In this document: piece after piece, positions 29,563 through 39,800 of the stretch
How positions within the stretch are numbered: the stretch's first letter is position 1
How the letters are laid out: each line of letters starts with the position of its first letter
DNA from: a virus
DNA length: 64,000 bases
Virus record (IMG/VR): IMGVR_UViG_3300042563_002443
Reading direction: 5' to 3' (one strand)
Program-made: the position numbers and the translations under genes
Notes under the pieces: generated by a model
Seen by the model: the letters and a program-made list of their open reading frames with translations, nothing else
Databases searched by the model: none
What the model was told of the DNA's origin: nothing

Positions 29563-30105
29563 ATGATACGATTAAAATCATTATTGGAAATAGTAGATAC
29601 AGATTTAAAGCGTTTATTAGATAAAATTAAAAATAAGCAATTTAGATTTATTGGTGCTGGAGATAACGGTCGTGTTTATGAAATAGATGGCGAAGATCGT
29701 TGTTTTAAAATTACACAAGAACGAGATGAGTTTGACGTTGCTACGGTAATAGTAGGTAGGTGGTCTGAATTTACAACGTTTATTCCAATTTATTATGTTG
29801 ATAAAAAACAACATATGTACATAATGGCAAACGCGGAATCGTTGCCACAGGCGGATAAAATAATGATTGATAAATTCATGAACAAATTTGCTCAATATGC
29901 ACGTGCAGAAGGCGGAGAAGTTACTATTTTTGAATTTCTAGATAATGATGGAGCAAGAAATGTTAATCAAAAACTAGTTAATTTTTTACGGGCTTTGCAA
30001 CAAGACATTAACAAAACCGGAATTGAAGATTTAGATTTAGATTTAGATTTTAATTCCAGCAATATCATGTTATGGGATGGTAACATGGTAATGGTTGATT
30101 GGTGA
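29563..30105 (+). CDS. minimal protein-kinase-like (ePK/APH fold) enzyme with MIRLKSLLE leader
   Basis: Gly loop IGAGDNGRVY, FKIT lysine, helix-C Glu, catalytic DFNSSN, terminal MVDW. Confidence 0.75.
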   Translation: MIRLKSLLEIVDTDLKRLLDKIKNKQFRFIGAGDNGRVYEIDGEDRCFKITQERDEFDVATVIVGRWSEFTTFIPIYYVDKKQHMYIMANAESLPQADKIMIDKFMNKFAQYARAEGGEVTIFEFLDNDGARNVNQKLVNFLRALQQDINKTGIEDLDLDLDFNSSNIMLWDGNMVMVDW

Positions 30106-30129
30106 TACATATTTATATAAAATGGAATA

Positions 30130-31326
30130 ATGATGAGTAAATTATTAGAACAAATAATTCGTAATATATTAACAGAGGATAGTATGGTTTTAGGGATAGA
30201 ACCATTACAAGCTGAGGATTTAACTTTTATTAATTCGCAAATTCGAACGCCGTTAGGAATTGCGTCAAAAGATATGAATTTCTATAACTTAGGAGGAACG
30301 CGGATTACGTTGAAACGTGTTGGCTTACGTGATAAAGATGACGTAACAGGAAAACGTAGCAGGGAAATAACGCCAATTGAATTTCAAACAAATGTAGTAT
30401 TAAAATTAAATGGACTTCGAGGTGGTTATTTACCAATGACAGGGCCAGATTATGTTTGGATAATTACTGGAGATTTAAAAACTGATGCAAAGCGAGATGC
30501 CCGGAATCCTAAATCGGATCGTATAATTGCAAATTATTATTCAGTTGCAACATATGTTAAAACATCATTAATTCCAAAAACATTAATAAACACCATGGAA
30601 GGATATATTAATAAGTTATCTGGGGGCGCACTAGTATTTAATTTAGAAGATGTTAATTTTAATGAATGGACACGCGAAATTAATATAGAACCAGTAACGT
30701 TAGCAAATGCTCCATATGTTACTGTATCATATGGCGATGAAAGTCGTGTCGTACGAGAATTATATGCATATTTTAATTTAGAATCATCATTATTTAACTA
30801 TACAGTACAAAATAAATTTGGATGTGAATTAAAAGGAGCAATTCAACAATTTCAAACTGAAAATGGTCTTACTGTTACAGGAGATTATGATAATGCTACC
30901 ATGAAATTTGCAACTAGTTTAAAGAAAAACATATATGTATTTAAGGATCAATTCGGTGTTAAACAATTTGTTGGACAATGTCAAATAGCAAATCGACAAG
31001 TAATTGATGTAGTTACTAATATAAAAGTTCCGGAAGGTGGATTTACGTACGGAATTAAAGGCGATGTTGAATTTTACCGAGTACAACAGTTGATGATAGA
31101 ATATTTTGAAAACTTATTAAAAATACCAAAAGCTGAAAAAGCATTAAAAGCTTCTCCACATTATAAAACTTATACAACATTGAAAAAAGCGTTAGCAACT
31201 CAAGCAAATCATGGAAATTATGGCGATGGTACACAAAAAATGGTTAAGTTTTTAAAGGATGGGTTTAAAATGACTACATCAGATAAAGTTGTAGACGCCG
31301 AGTTTGTTAACAAATTAAAATTATAA
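30130..31326 (+). CDS. protein with peptidoglycan-binding domain
   Basis: AIQQFQTENGLTVTGDYDNAT; late box at 30109; ILTE near the N-terminus. Confidence 0.65.
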   Translation: MMSKLLEQIIRNILTEDSMVLGIEPLQAEDLTFINSQIRTPLGIASKDMNFYNLGGTRITLKRVGLRDKDDVTGKRSREITPIEFQTNVVLKLNGLRGGYLPMTGPDYVWIITGDLKTDAKRDARNPKSDRIIANYYSVATYVKTSLIPKTLINTMEGYINKLSGGALVFNLEDVNFNEWTREINIEPVTLANAPYVTVSYGDESRVVRELYAYFNLESSLFNYTVQNKFGCELKGAIQQFQTENGLTVTGDYDNATMKFATSLKKNIYVFKDQFGVKQFVGQCQIANRQVIDVVTNIKVPEGGFTYGIKGDVEFYRVQQLMIEYFENLLKIPKAEKALKASPHYKTYTTLKKALATQANHGNYGDGTQKMVKFLKDGFKMTTSDKVVDAEFVNKLKL

Positions 31327-31331
31327 TTCAT

Positions 31332-32087
31332 ATGAAAATACTATTAGAACAAGATTTTGACTTAGATGCTGCTTTAAGTGGCGGGAAAACAACAACACCA
31401 TTGGATGTACGTACTACCGTAGTTACAAAACCTAAGGATAAGCCCATTCCTCCACCGGTAGTTAAACTAGATCCAAAAATACATAATGATGATACACAAA
31501 CTACATTTGGAAAACAGTTAGCTGAGCATGGTGAGTTAATTGGCAAATTAATAATAAACGCAATTTATTTTAATAGAGAAATTGCAAAACAGGTAAAAAC
31601 TTTAGATATCGATGAAAATGCAGTTTATCGTATTTGCACTAAACGGTTAAGCACAGCTATTAAAGCATGTTATGTCGATGTTATATTAAGATTAATATAT
31701 CCAAATGCAACCATGCAAAAATTAATTGCTAGCAATAAAGATGCATATCAATATTTTTTTAGTAGAAATTATTCAACTATAACATTAAAATCACAACAGT
31801 TTCAAGAAATTGACCCAGAAAATAGTAGCGGAACGATTGTACGTGGTATTAATCAAATATTTAACAGTAATACTAGGCCTGGAAATTGGTTTGATTGGGA
31901 TAGTAAACAAGGAATACAAGTACTTAATAATTTAACAGGCGGGTCTGCAGCATTTAAATTAGCTAGTCCAGCAAACAATAAGTTTATATTAAATATGCAA
32001 TTTACTGATTCGCAAATACACGAACGTGTTATGGCTATATGGCAAGAACAAATTAAACTGTTTAAAATTAAACCTAAAACAAAATAA
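31332..32087 (+). CDS. hypothetical protein
   Basis: 251-aa ORF starting MKILLE. Confidence 0.7.
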   Translation: MKILLEQDFDLDAALSGGKTTTPLDVRTTVVTKPKDKPIPPPVVKLDPKIHNDDTQTTFGKQLAEHGELIGKLIINAIYFNREIAKQVKTLDIDENAVYRICTKRLSTAIKACYVDVILRLIYPNATMQKLIASNKDAYQYFFSRNYSTITLKSQQFQEIDPENSSGTIVRGINQIFNSNTRPGNWFDWDSKQGIQVLNNLTGGSAAFKLASPANNKFILNMQFTDSQIHERVMAIWQEQIKLFKIKPKTK

Positions 32088-32103
32088 ATATAAACAACAA
32101 GTT

Positions 32104-32583
32104 ATGGCTAAAAATCATTGGCATAGTGCAGGAAGCTCTAAACGAGCTGAAGCATATAAATACGGTTATAAATCAGGTTTAGAACATACAGTTGCTGATC
32201 AAATAAAAAACACTGAATATGATTTGAATTATGAGACAGAAACATTAAATTACGTAGTTCCAGAACGCAAAGCAAAATATACACCTGATTTTATTTTTAC
32301 AAAAAAAGATGGCAATATTATGTACATTGAAACTAAAGGACGATGGACTAGTATTGATCGACTTAAAATGAAACATGTTTTAGCTTCGAATCCAGGCATT
32401 GATATTCGCCTAGTATTTCAAACACCTACACAAAAAATTTCAAAAGGTAGCAAAACAACATATGAATCATATGCATTAAAGCTAGGAATTAAACATGTAG
32501 CAAAAAAAGATATTCCCATGGAGTGGCTCACGGAATGTATTAAAACCGGTGAAGAATTAAAAAAACCTAAAACTTTTTTCTAA
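32104..32583 (+). CDS. T7 endonuclease I-like Holliday junction resolvase
   Basis: YKSGLE...YTPDF...IETKGR...DIRLVF; start at ATG 32104. Confidence 0.9.
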   Translation: MAKNHWHSAGSSKRAEAYKYGYKSGLEHTVADQIKNTEYDLNYETETLNYVVPERKAKYTPDFIFTKKDGNIMYIETKGRWTSIDRLKMKHVLASNPGIDIRLVFQTPTQKISKGSKTTYESYALKLGIKHVAKKDIPMEWLTECIKTGEELKKPKTFF

Positions 32584-32588
32584 TTAGG

Positions 32589-32617
32589 TTTGATTCGTAA
32601 AATATTTTTAATATATT
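32589..32617 (+). promoter_or_regulatory. sigma70-like promoter TTTGAT-N17-TATATT facing non-coding DNA
   Basis: Same spacing as the other copies; no credible ORF before the next promoter. Confidence 0.5.
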
Positions 32618-32728
32618 CATGATAATTAATTTATTTAATTAATAGATTGATTCTTTTATTGAATCGATCGTTAGACCAGGAATGTAATGTATGTGTCTAA
32701 CTAATATTATTTATATTATTATATTTAA

Positions 32729-32757
32729 TTGGAAAAGAACTAATAATTCATTATATT
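32729..32757 (+). promoter_or_regulatory. sigma70-like promoter TTGGAA-N17-TATATT
   Basis: Immediately upstream of the primase ATG. Confidence 0.65.
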
Positions 32758-32764
32758 ATATATA

Positions 32765-33709
32765 ATGAAGAATCTTAAGTTATTACAGTTACTGGAATCA
32801 GTATTAGGTAAAGGTAAATCTACTTCCGGGAATAACATTGCATTTTTCTCTCCTTTTATTTCTCACTACAAGCCAAAATTAGAAATTGATATCAATACTA
32901 ATCATAACGGCGAAAATCCATGGCATTGTTGGATATCTGAAAAAAAAGGTCGAAGCATTGTTTCATTGTTTAAACAATTAAATTTATCAAAAGAAAAGTT
33001 TGAACAATTAGCCCGTATCATTGAAACTTCAAAGTATCGTAATCATGATACTACAACAGAAAAAAGTGTTGCAATACAATTGCCGGACGATTATCGACCA
33101 TTATGGATAAAAAAATTAACTCCTGATTATAGAAATGCAATTTATTATTTAGAATCTCGAGGAATTACTATTTTTGATATTATTAAATATCGAATTGGAT
33201 ATTGCGAGAATGGAGAATATTCCGGCAAAATTATTATTCCAAGTTATGATGGAAATGGTCAATTAAATTATTTTGTATCTAGAGCATTTTATAAGAATGA
33301 CAAACAAAAACATAAAAATCCTAAAATATCAAAAGATATTATTGGGTTCGAACTGTTTATAAATTGGGCAGAACCTATTATACTTTGCGAAGGTTCATTT
33401 GATGCAATTTCTATTAAAAGAAATGCAATTCCATTATTTGGAAAAATAATACAACCACAACTTCAAAAAAAAATTATTCAAGAGCGTGTACGAAACATTT
33501 ATATATGTTTAGATGCAGATGCATTAAAAAATGCACTTCAAATTGCTGAGCGATTTATGGGAGAAGGATTAAATGTATATTTTGTAGAATTAAAAAGTGA
33601 AGATGCATCAGAATTAGGATTTAAAAAAATTACAAATATATTAGCAGATATCGATGTTTTAACATTTGAACGATTAATGCAATTAAAAATGGGAATGATA
33701 TGGGCATAA
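32765..33709 (+). CDS. DNA primase (DnaG/TOPRIM)
   Basis: WHCW, YLESRGI, IIIP, ILCEGSFDA, CLDADA. Confidence 0.9.
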   Translation: MKNLKLLQLLESVLGKGKSTSGNNIAFFSPFISHYKPKLEIDINTNHNGENPWHCWISEKKGRSIVSLFKQLNLSKEKFEQLARIIETSKYRNHDTTTEKSVAIQLPDDYRPLWIKKLTPDYRNAIYYLESRGITIFDIIKYRIGYCENGEYSGKIIIPSYDGNGQLNYFVSRAFYKNDKQKHKNPKISKDIIGFELFINWAEPIILCEGSFDAISIKRNAIPLFGKIIQPQLQKKIIQERVRNIYICLDADALKNALQIAERFMGEGLNVYFVELKSEDASELGFKKITNILADIDVLTFERLMQLKMGMIWA

Positions 33710-36700
33710 AAAAGATTGATATTGGTATTGATAAGATTGATAAAATTTTTCACGTATCAGATATTCATATCCGAACATTAAAACGACATAAAGAATATCG
33801 CGAAGTATTTCAAAACATGTTTGACCATATTAATTGTCATTCAACTAAAAATAGTATTGCAGTTGTTACTGGAGATATTGTGCACAGCAAATTAGATATG
33901 TCTCCGGAGCTAATTCAGATGCTAGTAGAATTTTTTAATGGATTTACAATACCTACAATTGTTATTCTAGGAAACCATGACATGAATTTGAATAATATGC
34001 AGAGAATTGATGCTGTTAGTCCTATTCTAGATGTTATCAATAATAAAAATATCATCTTTATTAAAGATAACGGATTGTTTGAATGCGGCGGAATTACATG
34101 GAACCATATGGCGGTTGATGTTGCACCAACTGAATACATTATGGCAAAAGATTTTACTGCATCTTATAAAATTGCAATGCACCATGGTGCTGTAAATACT
34201 GCTAAGACTGATATAGGATACCAAATATCAAACGAACATGTAACTACAGAATTATTTGCAGGACATGATTTAACATTGTTAGGAGATATTCATAAACCTG
34301 CACAATTTTTAGATGCTGCCCAAACAATTGCTTATCCAGGTTCATTGATTCAACAAAATCATGGCGAAGCATTAGACCATGGAATTTTAGTTTGGGATAT
34401 TGAATCTAAAAGTGCTAAGTTTGTTGAAATTCAAAATGATTATGGTTATGTTACAATAGAAGTTGATGGGACTACAATTGTCAAGTCTCCACATCGAATG
34501 CCAAACAAACCTAGAGTCAGAATAAAATTTCATGAAACTAGTGCAGCTGACATGAAACGGTTGATTGCAACAATTCGTAAAAAATATGATGTTCAGGACA
34601 TTACAATACAACGTAGTACATCAGGACCAGATTCTAATGCAACAGCATCATTTACAATTGGCAATGTACGAGATGTAGAATATCAAAACACGTTAATTAC
34701 TGATTATATTTCAATTAATCATCCACAAGCAACTGCTGAAGAAACTGATGCAATTAGATATATTAATCGAACAATTAATTCAAAATTACCAGCAGTAGAA
34801 TCAATACGACATACAACATGGCATCCTATATCATTTGAATTCGATAACATGTTTTCATATGGCGAAGGCAATGTTATTAATTTTGAAAAGTTATCAGATG
34901 TATGTGGTTTATTTGCGGCAAATACCTCAGGTAAATCATCACTATTAGATGCAATTACATATACTATATTTGATAAATGTAGTAAAACAGGTAAAGCAAA
35001 TGAAGTTTTGAACAACAAAAAAACTACATTTAATGGCATTTTTAAATTTGAAATGAATGGCATTCAATATACAATTGAAAGGCGCGGCACCAAGAAAAAA
35101 GAAAAACATGTTAAGGTAGATGTAGATTTTTATACTGACACTGAAAATTTAAATGGTGAAGAACGAAGTGATACAAACAAATCAATTCGTCGTTATTTAG
35201 GCACATATGATGATTTTATTTTAACTGCATTTTCACTTCAAGCTGATAATAATAATTTTATTGAAAAGTCTCAAAAAGAACGCAAAGATTTGCTTTCACA
35301 GTTTTTAGATATTACAGTATTTGAACAACTATATCAACTTGCAGCTGACGAAATTAAAGAAACTGCCGGAAAATTAAAAACATATAAAAAAACAGATTTC
35401 GATATCATTATCAATGATGCTGATACTATTATTACAAATAATCAACAAGATATTACTAACCTAGAAAAAAAGGAAGATGTATATCAAGAATCTAGAAATG
35501 ATCTACAAACTAAAATGTTGCAACTTATTGAGACAAAACAGCCAACAACATATAACGGTCCAGACATTGATGATTTAATACAAGTAGAAACAACACTTAC
35601 AAAAAAAGTTACACAATTACAAACAGACATTGAATTAGCAGAAATAAATTTAGAAACGGTTGTTAGTAAATATTTAATAATCAAACGAGATATACGAGCA
35701 TTTAATGAAAATAAACTAGTTACAGAATTAAGATCACTAGAAAAATTTGAAACTGAATTAGAACAAATTGAGTTAACTGTTAAAAAACAACAAGGAATTA
35801 TAAATGCAAAGCAAGAAAAAATTAATCATCTTTCCGACCATGAATATGATCCGGAATGCAAATACTGTACATCTAACGTTTTCGTACAAGATGCAATTGC
35901 GGCTCAAAATACGATTGATACAGATCGATCAATATTAGACGAATTACAACTTAATCAAAAAACTTTAAACAATACAATATTAGAATATGATGCTGTACGT
36001 GTGGAGTTGTCGACATTGAACAATTTAAAACAACTACATGAAACAAATCGGTTATCGATAGAAAAACAAGAATTGCAAATTCAAATTTTAGAAAATGATT
36101 TACAAACTCGTGAATCTGAATTAGAAACATGTTTAGAGCGACAAGAATTATTTCGTGCTAATGAATCGGCAATTATACATAATAAAACGGTAGATTCGGA
36201 AATTGCAACTTGCAAAGAAACAATTGATTCATTAACAAAATTAATAAAACAAACTACAGATACAATTCGAAGTAAACATGGCAAAATTGAAGTTGCTAAA
36301 ACTACAAAGAAAACAGCAATCGAATCTTTAGACACCTACAAACAATTAGAAACTGAATATAAAGCTTATGAATATTATTTAGATTCAGTTAAACGTGATG
36401 GCGTCCCGTATGAATTAATTGCAAAAGCAATGCCAAAGATTGAAGCTGAAATTAACAATGTATTGAATCAAGTAGTTGATTTTAATATGGTGCTTCAAAG
36501 TGACGGCAAAAATATCAATGGATATATTATTTATGATGAAGACAATTTTTGGCCTCTAGAATTAACAAGTGGAATGGAACGATTTATTAGCTCATTAGCA
36601 ATACGCATTGCATTAATCAATGTTTCCGCATTACCTCGTCCTAATTTTATTGCAATTGACGAAGGTTGGGGAAGTTTAGATGCAGAACATATCTCAGCAG

Positions 36701-36840
36701 TAGTAAATTTGTTTGATTATTTTCGCACTAAGTTTGATTTTTCAATTATCATATCACATGTAGATACAATGCGAGATATGGTTGATAATTTAATTGAAGT
36801 TAACAAAATAAATAATTTTAGCTGTATTCAACACAATTGA
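33700..36840 (+). CDS. fused Mre11/SbcD nuclease - Rad50/SbcC ATPase (gp47-gp46 fusion)
   Basis: SDIH, GDIVH, GNHD, GDIH, YPGS; Walker A NTSGKSS; coiled coil with CKYC hook; SGMERF signature; Walker B IAIDEG; ISH. Confidence 0.92.
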   Translation: MGIKKIDIGIDKIDKIFHVSDIHIRTLKRHKEYREVFQNMFDHINCHSTKNSIAVVTGDIVHSKLDMSPELIQMLVEFFNGFTIPTIVILGNHDMNLNNMQRIDAVSPILDVINNKNIIFIKDNGLFECGGITWNHMAVDVAPTEYIMAKDFTASYKIAMHHGAVNTAKTDIGYQISNEHVTTELFAGHDLTLLGDIHKPAQFLDAAQTIAYPGSLIQQNHGEALDHGILVWDIESKSAKFVEIQNDYGYVTIEVDGTTIVKSPHRMPNKPRVRIKFHETSAADMKRLIATIRKKYDVQDITIQRSTSGPDSNATASFTIGNVRDVEYQNTLITDYISINHPQATAEETDAIRYINRTINSKLPAVESIRHTTWHPISFEFDNMFSYGEGNVINFEKLSDVCGLFAANTSGKSSLLDAITYTIFDKCSKTGKANEVLNNKKTTFNGIFKFEMNGIQYTIERRGTKKKEKHVKVDVDFYTDTENLNGEERSDTNKSIRRYLGTYDDFILTAFSLQADNNNFIEKSQKERKDLLSQFLDITVFEQLYQLAADEIKETAGKLKTYKKTDFDIIINDADTIITNNQQDITNLEKKEDVYQESRNDLQTKMLQLIETKQPTTYNGPDIDDLIQVETTLTKKVTQLQTDIELAEINLETVVSKYLIIKRDIRAFNENKLVTELRSLEKFETELEQIELTVKKQQGIINAKQEKINHLSDHEYDPECKYCTSNVFVQDAIAAQNTIDTDRSILDELQLNQKTLNNTILEYDAVRVELSTLNNLKQLHETNRLSIEKQELQIQILENDLQTRESELETCLERQELFRANESAIIHNKTVDSEIATCKETIDSLTKLIKQTTDTIRSKHGKIEVAKTTKKTAIESLDTYKQLETEYKAYEYYLDSVKRDGVPYELIAKAMPKIEAEINNVLNQVVDFNMVLQSDGKNINGYIIYDEDNFWPLELTSGMERFISSLAIRIALINVSALPRPNFIAIDEGWGSLDAEHISAVVNLFDYFRTKFDFSIIISHVDTMRDMVDNLIEVNKINNFSCIQHN

Positions 36841-36868
36841 TATTTATATAAAAGAATATTAAGGTGTA

Positions 36869-39800
36869 ATGCAACGTAAAAAAACAGTCTATAAGGGTTT
36901 ACAGTTTATCGATGTATGGTATACTGATACATCATTAACTTCGCCTGATTATTTTCAAATTTCTGAATTTCCAACTAGATTAACTGCCGGCAAAAATTTA
37001 TTTAAATTGCTAGGAAACCCAACAACGTTAAAAGTCGGCGGATATCTTAACCTTGAAATTTTAGATTATAATGGCGATCCAATTTATTATGAAGTTGTTA
37101 ATTATATTGATGAAGACACGAGCCGAGTAATTGCAATTTATATTTATGAAGATACACCTCCGGGCGACTGCACAATAACATTAACTGCTGAATCAGTAAA
37201 TGCACCACCGGAATGGCAAGGTCGTGCAAACATCAAATGGACGCGCACCGTACAAGTTAATCCTACAGTACCAAATGATTCAGAAATTATTTTTGAAACA
37301 TTGCCGTCAATAACATTATCAGAACAAATTGGTCCGCATTTAGATCGAACATATACAACAGACCAATTTCCTATATATACAACCGGAAAAATTAAATATT
37401 TTTTATTGAATAATCAACCTGCTATTGAAATTAGTGGTGGATCATTTATAAATGATATGACTGCTGGAACAGTTACTGTTGCTGCCCCTCAAAATGCAGC
37501 CCCATTGCCAACATATACTCCGTCTACGACGGCATATACATCGAGCATTAAAAAAGTATTATCTTCAACTACCGCATTGTTAGATACAGCATATACGGTA
37601 TACAGTAGTAAAACTATTTTTCCACATATTTACACAAATTTTGCAAATTCATCATTTTCATTAACATATGAATCAACCCCAACATATACAGAAACACAAA
37701 ATTCTGAATCATATGCATTAATACAAATTTCAGGGTTGCAACCAGCAACAGGTGATGTTTCTAGAATTAAAACGTTCATGAACAATAACGGTACCGTTGG
37801 AACATGGGAGTTGATCAATGATGTAGAATTGGCAGAGACGGAAATATTTGTAACCGATACAGCATCATTATTCCCGGATACATCTATAGGATCATTTACA
37901 TCACAAGATATTATTGATGCATATTGGTCAAGAAATGCTTACCGAGGCAAGACTACATTAACAGCACCAACGTTGGTATGGAGTACTGCATCTATTGATA
38001 ATGCAATGAAAATATCTAGTGCACTTAATTTAGATGCAAAAGATACTGTTTTAAAAATACGATCTGATATAAACGGTATATTCCAGGAAAATGCATCATA
38101 TAAAATAACAATAGATGCATTAGGTACTAGATCAGGAAGTGTAGCCCCGGTATTAGCTATATATATGTCAGGTAGTTCATTTTATCAAGATCCAACAGAT
38201 TATTTTAATCAGGAATTTTCTACAAAATTTGGAAAACGAATAGGAGAATTACGTGTAACTAGTAATAATCAACGTTTTGACGATTATGTAGTAAATTTTA
38301 ATTCTGACTATACTGGTACCGGTATTTTACAATTAGTTGTTGAATCAGGCAATTGGCAAGTTGCTAACATTAGAACTACATCAGATAATGATGCTGGATA
38401 TACACCTGATTATACCAGAATAAAAAGTTTAGTACCAACCGCACATAAATCAAACAATCAACTTTCATTTAAGATTGAATATTATAATGTTGCTGGAGTT
38501 AAAAGTAAACAAATTAATTATAGTTTAAACAACAATTGGCAAGGAGGCAACCGTTACGTAGACGGTGATTTTTCAATGCTTACGGGTTCATTGTATGTTG
38601 CAGATTCGTTAGGTAGTGGTATTGAAATAGCCGGCAATACCAGTACTGGTTATATTAGAACTTTAGGATATCAAGGTTTTGACTATGGCGCGTCCGGATT
38701 CCTAATGTGGTCGGGATCAGCACTACCTGGAAAAACATCTAAAGGAAATCCATATTCAGGTGTCGGCCTAGAATTATATCAAGATACTAACAACTATTTT
38801 AGATATTCAACATCAGACAGTGAATTAGATATACACACATCAAAATTCTTTTTGGGTGGCACAAATCAATACATAAGTGGTAGCGGCGGCAAACTTGCAA
38901 TATCATCTTCTAATTTTTATTTAAGTGCCTCTGGTGATGTAACAATGACCGGAAAAATAACTGCAACATCAGGTAGAATTGGCGGATTTGAAATAACTCA
39001 AGATGCAATTACAGGATCAGGATTTTATTTGTCAGGTTCTGCAACTGGTAATGGTTTCTTTATAAGTTCAAGCAAATTCAATGTAAAAGCAAATGGCGAT
39101 ATAACAGGAAGCAATGTGTTGTTTACTGGAGGCAAAATAGCCGGATTTACAATTAGTGATAATACTTTATCCAACGCAAACAATTTTTATATATCAGGTG
39201 CTGCCTCTGGAAATGATTTCTTTATTTCATCTTCGAAGTTTAATGTTAAAGCTTCAGGGGATGTTACTGGTTCGCAAGTATTGTTTACCGGCGGCAAAAT
39301 TGGATCATTTACATTAACTAACAACGCATTAAGTGCAGGATCTACATTTTTAATATCAAGTTCAGTCGATGTAGGTAATTTAAGTACAGCATTTTTTATA
39401 AGTTCAAGCAAATTCAATGTTCGACAAGATGGCACAATATCTGGGTCTCAAGTATTGTTTGACGGAGGCAAAGTTGGCGGATTTACAATTAATTCTTCAA
39501 AAATTACTGGCACAAACATTGTAATAGATAGTGCAGGCTCAATTCAAACGTCTGATTATGCATCTGATTTAAAAGGATGGAAAATTTCTGCCGCAGGAAA
39601 TGGATCTGCAGAATTTGAAAATGCAAAAATTCGAGGAACGTTAGCAACCACTGTATTTGAAAAAACATCAGTTAATGCAGTTGGAGGACAATTATATGTT
39701 GCAAATTCAACTACATTAACAGGATCAAGTTTTGCAGGAGCAAGTCCAAATGGTAATTATACTCCTACGCAAACAACAATGTCTGTAGAAAATGTTACAG

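Noticed and set aside
32765-32800. Primase N-terminus MKNLKLLQLLE as a capsid-targeting leader
   Set aside because: Spacing differs from the leader consensus, the gene has a non-late promoter, and the segment is probably part of the primase N-terminal domain
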